From an uncultured cyanobacterium (GTDB lineage Bacteria > Cyanobacteriota > Cyanobacteriia > Cyanobacteriales > Cyanobacteriaceae): a stretch of 64,000 nucleotides of DNA. A program made the position numbers and the translations under genes. Under the pieces are notes generated by a model. The model saw only the letters and a list, made by a program, of their open reading frames with translations, had not been told where the DNA came from and made no database searches. The stretch covers positions 192,001-256,000 of the forward strand of contig CAVQBA010000006.1 of the NCBI GenBank assembly GCA_963710605.1, read 5' to 3'. Of this stretch, positions 21,820 to 32,539 are shown piece after piece (within the stretch, counting starts at the first letter, position 1; each line of letters opens with the position of its first letter).

Positions 21820-23577
21820 ATGATTCATCCAATCTTTCGTTTACTAAGATATGCTCATAAATATCAAACTCGCATTAATCAAGCTAGTATTAGCTCAATT
21901 TTAAATAAAGTATTTGATCTCACACCACCGATTTTGATTGGTATTGCCGTCGATATTGTTGTTGAACAACAAGACTCTTTTGTCGCTCAATTTGGAATCG
22001 AGGGGGTTTTTAATCAATTAGTCGTTTTAAGTATCTTGTCGTTTATTGTATGGAGCTTAGAATCAGTTTTTGAATATGCCCATGAGCGTTTATGGCGTAA
22101 TATTGCTCAGAATATTCAACATGATTTACGGATTAATGCCTATAGTCATATTCAAGATTTAGAATTAGAATTTTTTGAAAATAATAGTACAGGTCGATTA
22201 TTAGCTATTCTTAATGACGATATCAATCAATTAGAAAGGTTTTTAGATGTCGGGGCGAATGAAATTATTCAGGTTTTGACTACTGTAATTATTATCAGTA
22301 CAGCTTTTTTTATTTTAGCCCCTAGTCATGCTTGGATGACCATTTTACCTATTCCGATTATTATCTGGGGTGCGGTTAGTTTTCAGAAATTATTAGCCCC
22401 TCGTTATGCAGAAGTTAGAGAACAAGTTAGTTCATTAAGTAGTCGTTTAGCAAATAATTTGTCAGGGATTACGACGATTAAAAGTTTTACTACTGAATAT
22501 TACGAAATCGAAAGGGTAAGAAAAGATAGTCTGGCTTATCTTAATAGTAATCAAAAAGCGATTAATTTAAGTGCGGCTTTTGTACCTTTAATTCGCTTTG
22601 TTATTTTGGCAGGATTTACAGGTATTTTACTTTTTGGTGGTTTAGAAGTAGAAAAAGGTAATTTGGCAGTTGGTACTTATAGTGTATTAGTTTTTATGAC
22701 ACAACGGTTACTATGGCCACTAACTCGTTTGGGGCAAACTCTTGATTTATATCAAAGGGCGATGGCTTCGACGAATAGAGTTATGAATTTATTAGATACT
22801 CCTGTGACGATTCATTCAGGGGATACATCTTTGCCTTTGCATAGTATTCGAGGAGATATTGTTTTCGATCGTATTAGTTTTGCTTACAATCAAAGAGAAT
22901 CTGTCATTAAAGATTTTAACTTAACTATCCCCGCAGGAACAACGATCGCAATTGTTGGTTTGACAGGCTCAGGAAAAAGTACTTTAGTCAAATTATTATT
23001 ACGTTTTTACGAAATCCAAGCCGGTAATATAACAGTTGATGGTATTGATTTAAGAAAAATAGTCCTTTCTGATTTACGTCGAGCAATCGGTTTAGTTAGT
23101 CAAGATGTATTTTTGTTTCATGGTACGGTTAGAGACAACATTGCTTATGGTAATCCTGAGGCAACCGAAACCGAAATTATTAATGCGGCGAAAATGGCGG
23201 AAGCTCATAATTTTGTGATGGAATTACCTGAAGGTTATGACACCATCGTCGGTGAGAGAGGGCAAAAACTTTCTGGGGGGCAAAGACAACGGCTTTCTAT
23301 TGCTCGGGCGATTGTCAAAAATCCACCGATTCTAATTCTTGATGAGGCAACCTCAGCCGTGGATAATGAAACAGAAGCGGCGATCGCACGATCGTTAGAA
23401 TATATCACTAAAAATCGTACCACGATTATGATTGCTCATCGTCTTTCTACTATTCGTAATGTCGATCGTATTTATGTACTAGAAAGAGGCAAGATTATCG
23501 AGCAAGGCACACACGAAGATTTAATTACCCAAGAAGGAGTTTATAATAATCTATGGCGAGTACAAACAGGGCAATAA
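21820..23577 (+). CDS. ABC exporter, fused permease/ATPase (MsbA-like)
   Basis: TM domain plus [30 protein letters not shown]. Confidence 0.93.
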   Translation: MIHPIFRLLRYAHKYQTRINQASISSILNKVFDLTPPILIGIAVDIVVEQQDSFVAQFGIEGVFNQLVVLSILSFIVWSLESVFEYAHERLWRNIAQNIQHDLRINAYSHIQDLELEFFENNSTGRLLAILNDDINQLERFLDVGANEIIQVLTTVIIISTAFFILAPSHAWMTILPIPIIIWGAVSFQKLLAPRYAEVREQVSSLSSRLANNLSGITTIKSFTTEYYEIERVRKDSLAYLNSNQKAINLSAAFVPLIRFVILAGFTGILLFGGLEVEKGNLAVGTYSVLVFMTQRLLWPLTRLGQTLDLYQRAMASTNRVMNLLDTPVTIHSGDTSLPLHSIRGDIVFDRISFAYNQRESVIKDFNLTIPAGTTIAIVGLTGSGKSTLVKLLLRFYEIQAGNITVDGIDLRKIVLSDLRRAIGLVSQDVFLFHGTVRDNIAYGNPEATETEIINAAKMAEAHNFVMELPEGYDTIVGERGQKLSGGQRQRLSIARAIVKNPPILILDEATSAVDNETEAAIARSLEYITKNRTTIMIAHRLSTIRNVDRIYVLERGKIIEQGTHEDLITQEGVYNNLWRVQTGQ

Positions 23578-23657
23578 AAGTTAAGAGTTAAAAGTTAAAA
23601 GTTAAAAGTTAAAAGTTAAAAGACTGATTACCCATTTATCCCTCATTCTTCATCCTT

Positions 23658-24254
23658 TTATTGTGGTGTTTGGGGAGAAAGATTTGTGGTTATCCATTGA
23701 TTGTCTGAGTTAAGAGAGTAATAATAATGATTTTGAGGATTACCTCTTAATTCTAAATGATCGACTTGTTCAGGAGCGAATAATAATAAACAAAAATTAC
23801 TGACAGGTTGTTGCTTATCAACGGGTGTATCTATAGGCGGTAGGCTTTCTTCGGGTAGAATTTGAGGATACGACCAAAAAAATTGAGCTTTGGCATTATC
23901 GCTAAGTCTTTGCCATGTTTGTTGACGTGTCTGCTCGAATTCTGTATTTTCTTCTGCGGTAACTAAGATAATCTTACCGCTAATTCTAAATTGTTCTCTG
24001 GTTTTGGTGAAATACCAACAAATTTCAGCTCTATGATTGTTTTGTAAATGAGTAAACTTATCACTACGAGTATCAGTAATTATTTTAATCTGGTTACTAT
24101 CATCAAGAAAGCCACGGAAGACAACTGTTCGATTTGTCGGAAAACCTTGCTCATTTATAGTTGCTAATTGAAAATACCGACTAAAAACCTGCGATCGATT
24201 TCTATGTAACGCTCTTTGTAATACGCTTCGCCATGGGGCTAAATTTTCGTTCAT
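23658..24254 (-). CDS. FMN-binding pyridoxamine-5'-phosphate oxidase-like protein
   Basis: LAPWR, FQLAT, PTNRTVVFRGF, CWYFTKTREQFRISG. Confidence 0.88.
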   Translation of the reverse strand: MNENLAPWRSVLQRALHRNRSQVFSRYFQLATINEQGFPTNRTVVFRGFLDDSNQIKIITDTRSDKFTHLQNNHRAEICWYFTKTREQFRISGKIILVTAEENTEFEQTRQQTWQRLSDNAKAQFFWSYPQILPEESLPPIDTPVDKQQPVSNFCLLLFAPEQVDHLELRGNPQNHYYYSLNSDNQWITTNLSPQTPQ

Positions 24255-24439
24255 TATCTATTAAATTTAAAAGCTAAATATTGGAGTTTTTGACAATTTT
24301 TTATAATTATTCTTGATAGTAAAATGTTGATTTTGGTAATAGTAAATTTGATGTATCTTATTTTATTTTCATACGATCGATAAAATTCAGAGTTTTTTTC
24401 TTACTCCCCTCTCTTTTCTTACTCCCCTCTCCTTGAGGA

Positions 24440-24540
24440 GCGGTCAGACCCCGCGTCGGCGTAAGACGCAAGCGGTGAGACCCCGCGACGACTATAAGTC
24501 GCAAGGGAATGCTCACCAAGACGGGAACGCTGACCAAGAC
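24440..24540. mobile_element. Nested pair of ~50-nt structured mini-elements inside a CCCCTCTCC palindrome
   Basis: Outer GCGGTCAGACCCC...GGGAACGCTGACCAAGAC contains inner GCGGTGAGACCCC...GGGAATGCTCACCAAGAC (24472-24522). Confidence 0.75.
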
Positions 24541-24983
24541 AGAGGGGCTGGGGGTGAGGTAGTATTTTCAAACGTAGTAGAAGTTAAAGGCAAAGCGTAA
24601 TCAACAATTTTATTTAACACCATTTCCAAATTATCAAAAACTTCCTCATTAGTAAATCGAATCACAGTCAAACCATGAGACTTTAACCAATTTTCTCGAT
24701 CTAAATCTCTTTCTTTTTGCCTTGGTAAATCATGAATTTTACCATCAACCTCAATGACTAATTTGGCATTGTAACAATAAAAATCAACAATGTATTGTCC
24801 AATATTATGTTGACGACGAAATTTAGTATCAAATAGTCTTCTTCCTCTTAAACATTGCCATAATATTTGCTCAGCAGGAGTTTGTTTTTTTCTTAATTCT
24901 CTGGCTTTGGCTAATAATTCTCTAGGAATTTGACGGTTTGCACCTGCTATTTTACTTATTTCTAGTGGCTCTTTTTTGCTCAT
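24513..24983 (-). CDS. DUF559 endonuclease-domain protein (probable start MSKKEPLE at 24983)
   Basis: ARELRKKQTPAEQILW, KFRRQHNIGQYIVDFYC, IEVDGKIH, RFTNEEV. Confidence 0.88.
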   Translation of the reverse strand: MSKKEPLEISKIAGANRQIPRELLAKARELRKKQTPAEQILWQCLRGRRLFDTKFRRQHNIGQYIVDFYCYNAKLVIEVDGKIHDLPRQKERDLDRENWLKSHGLTVIRFTNEEVFDNLEMVLNKIVDYALPLTSTTFENTTSPPAPLSWSAFPSW

Positions 24984-25156
24984 CCTTAACTCTTTTTCCA
25001 CTGGAGTATTTGCCCTCATCCCTAACCCTTCTCCCACTGGGAGAAGGGGACAATATTCTTTCTGCGTCTTCATAACGCCATAAATCAATCTTAAAAGTAA
25101 AAGGTATTTTTTGCATACTCTTTATTTTTTCAACCTATAGATTAGCACAACAGAAA

Positions 25157-25684
25157 ATGTATATCGATCGATTTGAGGAATTACTTATGACTACTAAAAA
25201 TTTACAAAAATCAAAAACTATCTCAGAAGTTGTGAATATAGACAATTCCCAAGACGGTATTCTGACTTCTTCTTCTACTCAAGAACGTTTACAAATGATT
25301 GGTGCGATCGCACATCTGATGATTAATTCTCCTCTCCATCGTCAATACAACATCAGTGACATTGCCGAGCGATTTGTACCTGCAATGCTTCACAATCAAT
25401 TTCGCTATTACGAGATCGATGGTAACCCAATCGGTTTTGTTAACTGGGCATGGCTAACTGATGAAGTAGAACAAAAATTTATTGATGGGGCATATGTCTT
25501 AAATCTTGATGAATGGCAAGGAGGAAATAACTTATGGTTTCCCGAATTTATCGCTCCTTTTGGTCATGCACGATACATAGTCAAAGATTTACGTACCAAT
25601 ATTTTACCTAAAGGTACACCAGCTAAATCCTTTAAAATCAACCCCGATGGTAGTTTTAACACTATCTCTCACTGGAAAATATAA
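25157..25684 (+). CDS. Toxin-activating acyltransferase (HlyC/RtxC family)
   Basis: SPLH Ser/His motif, PIGFVNWA, W..G.NLWF.EFIAPFGH. Confidence 0.9.
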   Translation: MYIDRFEELLMTTKNLQKSKTISEVVNIDNSQDGILTSSSTQERLQMIGAIAHLMINSPLHRQYNISDIAERFVPAMLHNQFRYYEIDGNPIGFVNWAWLTDEVEQKFIDGAYVLNLDEWQGGNNLWFPEFIAPFGHARYIVKDLRTNILPKGTPAKSFKINPDGSFNTISHWKI

Positions 25685-25750
25685 TTCTTTCACTTCACAT
25701 TATGAAATTTTACGTTTAAGACATTAATTTAATTTATTTGGAGACATATC

Positions 25751-28700
25751 ATGGGGAAAGCAGTTAAAGCAGTCAAAAAAACCGTCAAGAAAGTTAGTAA
25801 CAAGGTTAACCCTTTCTATAAAAATGGCGGTAACCGCAACGATAGTTTTTCAATTTATGGTGCAGGTGCGGCTTATGGTAACGGAGGAAATGATACCCTC
25901 AGGGCTTATGCTATTTATGTCAAACTCAGTGGCGGTTGGGGTAATGATAATATTAAAGCCTATTCAGGTAGATCGGACTTGTACGGTGGCTCAGGTCATG
26001 ATTATATGGAAGCATGGGGGCTTTCTAACAAAATTAGAGGCGATTCAGGAAACGATACAATCAAAGCTCACGCCGCTCATAATGACATTTCAGGAGGAAC
26101 GGGACATGATAAAATCTACGCCTATGGTGGCTATAACAATGTCCGTGGTGATAGTAATAACGATCGTATTTATGCTTATGGTGCGGGTAATACAGTAGAT
26201 GGTGGTAGCGACAGTGACTATATTTATGCGGCGGCGGCTGGTAATTGGCTTTACGGCGGTTCGGGTAATGATACCATCGAAGCTCATGGTGGAGCGAATT
26301 TTATTTACGCAGGTTCTGATTACGATACTATTAGAGCTTACGGCGGTGCGAATATTATCGATGCTAATGACGATAGTGATTATGACAATATCGAAGCCTA
26401 TGGTGGTGCTAATGTAGTGAATGCAGGTGGTGGTAGCGATCGAATTATCGTCGGTGGTATCGGTAATAAGGTTAATGCAGGTAACGGTAATAACTATATT
26501 GAAGGTTATGGTGGTGCTAATGTAGTTAATACTGGTAGTGGAAACGATCGTATTATTGCAGGTGGTATCGGTAATGTAGTTAACGCAGGTAGTGGTAATA
26601 ACAGTATCGAAGCCTATGGCGGTGTCAATGTAGTTAATACTGGCTCAGGCAACGATAATATCACTGTCGGTGGCGGATTAAACGTCGTTGTTGCGGGTAC
26701 TGGAAACGATAAAATTAAAGCCTTTGGTGGTGCTAATGTTGTTTACACTTCAGGTGGTAATAACGAAATACTCGGTATCGGGCTTGGTGGTAACGTTTTT
26801 GTCAAAACAGGAAATGGTAATGACAAAATGTATGCCGCAGGTGGTTTAAATGTAATGGCTAAAGTCGCCGACGGCGATACCACAATGATGGTGGGAGGGT
26901 TATATAATATCCTGACTAAAATCGGTGACGGTGATGATACTTTTGTCACTTTAGGTAAAGGTAATCTTAATACTAAAATTGGTGATGGTAGCTCTTTAAT
27001 GCTCAGTGGCGGTTTATACAACATAACCACCTCATGGGGTGAAAGCAATGATTTAATCGCTTCAGTTGGTTTATCTAATGTAGCGATCGCTGGTGCTAAA
27101 GACGATAAAATATTTTTAGCAGGAATAGGAAACCTTGCCTTTGGTGATTCTTTAGCAATTTCTCTTGATAGCTTTAAAAGTGAAGAAAGCAAACAAGCAG
27201 GAAAAGATGCTAAAACAGATGAGGTAAATACGGGTGTTGATTGGGAAAGTGTAGTCAATAGCCTTACTGCTACCCTCGATGTTACTGGAGATGATTTGGT
27301 TGTCGCTTTGGGTTTAAATAACGCCGTAGTTGGCGGTAGAGGTGCGGATACATTAGTAACAATGGGACAAAATAATGTTTCTGTAGCTGATAATTTAACT
27401 GATGTAATTAATGATTTTAGTATCGATTTAACTAATCTTACTAATATCGGTGCTAACGTTATTCTTCCTGAATGGAATTTTGACTTTTCTCCTGAAGTAA
27501 CTCTTCCTGAGTTTAATTTCGATTTTTCTCCTGAAGTAATTTTGCCAGAATTTAATTTAGATTTAACTCCCTCTATTATTCTCCCTGAATGGAATTTTGA
27601 TTTTTCTCCTGAAATCAGTTTACCTACTTTCAGTGCTGACTTATTCCCTTCTATCACTTTACCAGAATGGAATTTAGATTTCGATCGTCTCAATTTTGAT
27701 TTTACTGGCGAAAATGACGATACTCAAGTTAGTCTTGGTTTAAACAATATCTTATTCAGTAATGACGGAAACGATCGAGTTTATGCAGTGGGTAAAAACA
27801 ATTTCATCCACAGTGGAGAAGGTGATGATTTAGTAACCAGTCTTGGATTAAATAATGTCATTGTTGGTGATGAAGGTGCGGATACAATCATTAATGTCGG
27901 TAAGAATAACTTGATTTTAGGTGATTATTTAGAAATACCTGATTTAAGTGATTTGACGATCGATTTATCGGGTTTTGGCTTTGACTTTAGTTTCCCAGAC
28001 ATCGACTTATCAGATTTTGGCTTTGATTTAGGTATTCCCACGATCGATTTATCGGGTTTTGGCTTTGACTTTGCTCTCCCCGATATTGACTTGTCAGGAT
28101 TAGGATTTGATTTTTCACTTCCCGATTTAGATTTATCAGGCTTCGGTTTTGACTTTGCTATTCCTGATTTAGACTTATCTGGTTTAGGATTCGATTTAAG
28201 TCTCGATTTTGAAGATATTATTCTTAGTGCTGGTACAAATAATATTGCTTATAGTGGTGGTGGTGATGACTTGACTGTAACCTATAGTCAAAATATTAAA
28301 AGTCAGGTACAAGAAAGCTCTGGTAACGACAACCAAAGCACTTTAACTAAACTAGCTAATATGGGTTGGAATGTCTCGCTATCTGGTGATGGTGATGATG
28401 TAACGATCGGTGTTGGTAACTATAATATGCTTAGTGGTGGTGATGGTGATGATAATCTTTGGGCAGGGCAACTACCAAAAATAAAAGATACTACTGGCGA
28501 TTCAACCTTAACTAATCTTAAAAACAGAGCTAGTAATTTATTAACCATCAAAAGATTAGCCACTGGTGCAATCGAATATATCGGCAGTGGTGATGAAGTT
28601 TCTGCAATACAAACGATCGCTGGTAAAAGTAATTTTAATATGTTGCTCGGTGGTGAAGGAAAAGATACTTTATGGAGTAAAGGTAAGGGTAATATTCTCC

Positions 28701-29320
28701 ATGGTGGTAAAGGTGACGATGTAATTTCTGCTAATGGGCATCTTAATATTGCTCTTGGTGGCGATGGTGATGATTACATTGAAACAACAGGATTATTTAG
28801 CTCGGTGCATGGTGGAGATGGCGATGATGCAATTTTTGTCCAAGATGTAGCCAGTCAAATTTATGGTGGTGATGGAGACGATTTGATCGGTTTAGGTGGC
28901 ATCAAAGGTGGTATTCTTAGTACTCTAGATGGTGGTAAAGGAAATGACACTTATGCGATCGATACTGATTTATTTCAACTCTCAACTTTAGCTAGTGCTA
29001 CTTATATCAATAATGATGGCGATAACAATAGTATAGATACTCTTTTGTTTGGTGGCGAAGTTACTGCAACAGAGATTAAATTTAGTCGCTTTGATAATAC
29101 AGATTTGGAAGTAGGCATTTTCGGTACTAACAGACATCTTATCCTTCAAGATTGGTATGAAAACGAAACTGGACGCATTGATACTTTCCAAATTAGTCAA
29201 GGTGCTAGTTTAGAGAAATCACAAGTTGAGCAGTTAGTAAATAATTGGGAAAACTTTGATACTGGTTTGATTAGTCAATCTCAATTAGATACTACGATTA
29301 ATAATAGTTGGATTGTTTAG
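25751..29320 (+). CDS. Large secreted RTX/MARTX-like Gly-rich repeat protein with acidic repeat blocks
   Basis: Many GGxGxD nonapeptides, GGxNxxxxGxGND repeats, NILTKIGDG repeats, RTX-type C-terminal QDWY...QVEQLV segment; GGAG ribosome site; follows the acyltransferase. Confidence 0.85.
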   Translation: MGKAVKAVKKTVKKVSNKVNPFYKNGGNRNDSFSIYGAGAAYGNGGNDTLRAYAIYVKLSGGWGNDNIKAYSGRSDLYGGSGHDYMEAWGLSNKIRGDSGNDTIKAHAAHNDISGGTGHDKIYAYGGYNNVRGDSNNDRIYAYGAGNTVDGGSDSDYIYAAAAGNWLYGGSGNDTIEAHGGANFIYAGSDYDTIRAYGGANIIDANDDSDYDNIEAYGGANVVNAGGGSDRIIVGGIGNKVNAGNGNNYIEGYGGANVVNTGSGNDRIIAGGIGNVVNAGSGNNSIEAYGGVNVVNTGSGNDNITVGGGLNVVVAGTGNDKIKAFGGANVVYTSGGNNEILGIGLGGNVFVKTGNGNDKMYAAGGLNVMAKVADGDTTMMVGGLYNILTKIGDGDDTFVTLGKGNLNTKIGDGSSLMLSGGLYNITTSWGESNDLIASVGLSNVAIAGAKDDKIFLAGIGNLAFGDSLAISLDSFKSEESKQAGKDAKTDEVNTGVDWESVVNSLTATLDVTGDDLVVALGLNNAVVGGRGADTLVTMGQNNVSVADNLTDVINDFSIDLTNLTNIGANVILPEWNFDFSPEVTLPEFNFDFSPEVILPEFNLDLTPSIILPEWNFDFSPEISLPTFSADLFPSITLPEWNLDFDRLNFDFTGENDDTQVSLGLNNILFSNDGNDRVYAVGKNNFIHSGEGDDLVTSLGLNNVIVGDEGADTIINVGKNNLILGDYLEIPDLSDLTIDLSGFGFDFSFPDIDLSDFGFDLGIPTIDLSGFGFDFALPDIDLSGLGFDFSLPDLDLSGFGFDFAIPDLDLSGLGFDLSLDFEDIILSAGTNNIAYSGGGDDLTVTYSQNIKSQVQESSGNDNQSTLTKLANMGWNVSLSGDGDDVTIGVGNYNMLSGGDGDDNLWAGQLPKIKDTTGDSTLTNLKNRASNLLTIKRLATGAIEYIGSGDEVSAIQTIAGKSNFNMLLGGEGKDTLWSKGKGNILHGGKGDDVISANGHLNIALGGDGDDYIETTGLFSSVHGGDGDDAIFVQDVASQIYGGDGDDLIGLGGIKGGILSTLDGGKGNDTYAIDTDLFQLSTLASATYINNDGDNNSIDTLLFGGEVTATEIKFSRFDNTDLEVGIFGTNRHLILQDWYENETGRIDTFQISQGASLEKSQVEQLVNNWENFDTGLISQSQLDTTINNSWIV

Positions 29321-29534
29321 TAATACCAAGTTTATTAAATAAGGCTACAGATAGAATAGCTCCCCCCAACCCCCTTACAAAGGGGGCTTATGTTAACGCT
29401 TTGGATGAATACTAATAAATAGAGCTTGTAGTAATGACCTGAGTCATTAAATTATTCTCAAATTAAAATAAAGTTACTATAACCTCTGTTCGCTCAACAC
29501 ACGAGAAAAAGATTTTATTATTTAGAAATCGATC

Positions 29535-32451
29535 TTAGATTGCTTTACCAATTAGTGTAAAAGCCGCCCAGTTATACGGTTCAGGATATTTTTCTTTTAT
29601 TGTCAGCATCGCTTGGCGTAAAGCCTGAGCTTTATTCGGGTTAGATTCAAGATTTTGATAGAATTCAACCATTAATTCAGCCGTAGGACTATCTGGAACT
29701 GACCATAAGGAGGCAACCACAGTAGGAACACCATTAATAAGAAAAGGGCGAGCTAATCCGATTACTCCTTCCGTAGAAGTTTCTCCTAATCCAGTATCAC
29801 AGGCACTCAAAACTATTAAATTAGCATTTAGATCGAGACCATAAATTTCTGCTTCATCTAATAAACCGTCATCTTGATCAGATGGAGTAAATGCCAATAC
29901 GTCAATTCCTTCTTTTTGTATTTGACAAAGCTCAATTAATTTTATAGTTGAATTGTATGGTGTATCACTATCAATATTATGTCCCTCGTTGTAATCTTGA
30001 CATTGTGGGCTGAAAATTTTCGCATTTAGAACTCCATGGGTTGCAAAGTGTACTATTTTTGCTTCAGATATTCTGTTCGTAACTTCTGTTTCAGTTGCGT
30101 CTTTACCCAATAAAGGTTTGGTATTAAGTATCTGTGCAATAGTTCTAGCTTCTTTTTCTGCTCCAGGTAGTGAAATAAGTTCTTGCTCTGTTCCTTCCAC
30201 AGTATTTGCAATAGTTACTTCAGGCATTATAGGATTACCAACAACTAAAGCCTTTGTGTTTGTCAATGAATTATTTCCATTCGCATTTAAAAGCTCAAGT
30301 ATTTTGAGAGAAGGAATACTACTAATAGTATGCTTATCAATTAAATATTGTCCTTTTGAATCTTGTAATGCTGCAAATGAAACAGTATGTAATTCTTCAT
30401 CTGGAACGAAGATGATTCTGTTCTTCTGTATTATCTGGCAATAAATCTTCTATAGGTTCAATTATAATTTCAGACAAAGAGCGTAAACAATTGTTTTGTT
30501 CGTGGCAGTTCAACTGTTGCTCAGAGATAGAACGCTTTTGTTTATTTATCCCTCTAGTTTCTGTAACAGCAGATTGAATTAAAGAAGAAAAATGGACGTT
30601 GCTAAATTCTTTTGTATTAGAAAAAGACAAATTAGTGGAACTATTTTGACAAGAAGAAAGAGTTAACAATGGAATGCAAAGAATCAGTGCACCCTTGGAT
30701 AATTTATGACCTTTAAATTTGTAACAAATAAAGAGATAAAATATTATTAATATGGTAAAAAAAGTAGCTAACGAAGTTTTTTGAGTAGATTTAGAGATCG
30801 ATAAGTTATTACCCAAATTCAAATGAATTTGACGTAAGTTTATTACTCCTTCAGAATTGATTACCCAGATGGCAAGTTTCTCTTCTGTTAACATCGAGTA
30901 ATAAACAATAGTGCTACTGTTTTCTTTCGCAATTTGCTTAATTTTATCGATAGTAAGTGTATCAAATCGTTTGTAATTAGTATTAAGTTGCTCTGATAAT
31001 AAAATTGCCATCGCTCCAGTTCTACGTTCTTCTGCAAATTCTAAAGCTTTTTCATAATTACCCTGTTCAATATTCAGTTCTTGTAATCCATCGTATAGAA
31101 ATTCGTATGTATGATAAACTGAAGTAACTTGATTTGTGACTCCTAGAAATGGATTTGTTCCTCTATTACTTGTATATTTTTGAACAAGAAAATCTTCTCT
31201 TTCTTTAAACATTTGATATGTTTTGTCAAAATGTAATTTGGCTTTTTTAATTTTATTTTGACGTAATAATGAATATCCTAAACCAGTAGAGTCCATAATA
31301 GGGTAATTTACTAGATCGGAAGAATCTTCATTTGTAGAAGGATATTTTTGTTCTAATTCAATCCGTGTGTTTTTTGCCTTTGTATAATATTTAACCGCTA
31401 AGTCATAATCTTGATCTAAAAAGGCTAATTGAGCTATTCGTGTAGAAAATTTAGCTCTTTCTATCTCTATCATTTTTTGTCCAAGAGCAGAATCGACTTC
31501 ACCTCCTACTCTCATAATTTCACGACTCGTTTCTTCAATTCGATGTCTCTGTTCTGCTTTTTTAGTTGTAGAAATTGCTTTTTTATAGTTACCTAATTGT
31601 TCATAAATAGATGCCAAACTACTATAAGCCACATGTGTGGTTATTTCTGGATTTGACTTTTGTAATTCTTGCTGTATCTCTAAGCTTAGTTGACAATATT
31701 TTTCTGCACTACTCCAATCCTCAATTTCAAAAGCCGCCGCACATAATTGACTAGCGATATTCTGAGCAAAAAAGAGACTATTTGGATTATCAATATTTTG
31801 CTGTAAAATTGATAGTGATTTTTTTAAATTGGCAATTGCAGCTTTTTTTTCTTCTAAAGAACCATAATATAGAGGAAGTTCTGTCTTTTTTACTAATTGT
31901 TCTGCTTCCTTATTCAAGTTTCTTGCTGAGTTAGACTGAATAGCAGGGGAAGGTGTAGTAGAGAAAGGTATCTTCTGATACCAATCTATTTTTACATCAG
32001 ATACAATTTCTCCTCTTTGTATAGACAATATCAATGGAGTTATATTATTTCTGTCAAAGCAATCAACTTCGAACTGGCATTCTGATGCTTGAGTGAAAAA
32101 ATTACCTTCGGAGTATTCATCTACAGGTTCAAAACTTAAACAATCAAAAGTACTACTGTATGAACTACATAGTGTAGCTGAAACAATATAGTTTCCAGGA
32201 GGAACTTTTATTTCATAACTTCCTTGTTCTTCTTCTGTCTCTGTACAGTGTTGCTGACGTGTTTCTATATTTGTAGCACAAAGTTTTTGTGCTGGAATAA
32301 AATCGCTAGGGTAAGATGTCGCTCCTTTAATGATACCGAAACCTTCATTTGCTTGAGCAAGAAAAGGTTTATTGTTTGAAAATAATGAAACTCCGTATCC
32401 TAAAAAAATAATTAGTAATAGTGTTTTCTTTGATATGTTAGTAAATTTCAT
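29535..32451 (-). pseudogene. TPR + CHAT (caspase-like) protein split by a frameshift at ~30420
   Basis: 5' ORF has signal peptide and TPR-like helices; the shifted frame reads RIIFVPDEELHTVSFAALQD into the 3' ORF carrying HFATHG and VLSACDTG. Confidence 0.82.
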
Positions 32452-32539
32452 TATTCTATATACTCTTTTGATTATAATTCATTGTCTTTACTGATACGAT
32501 ACTTTGTCTTCTGTTTTAACTATGGGTATATACTCGTAT

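Noticed and set aside
21820-23577. T1SS HlyB partner for the RTX-like protein
   Set aside because: No C39-like domain and no adjacent HlyD; looks like a generic MsbA-type exporter
26743-27693. 316-aa antisense ORF and other short antisense or overlapping ORFs in the track
   Set aside because: Shadow frames of well-supported genes, with no independent motifs
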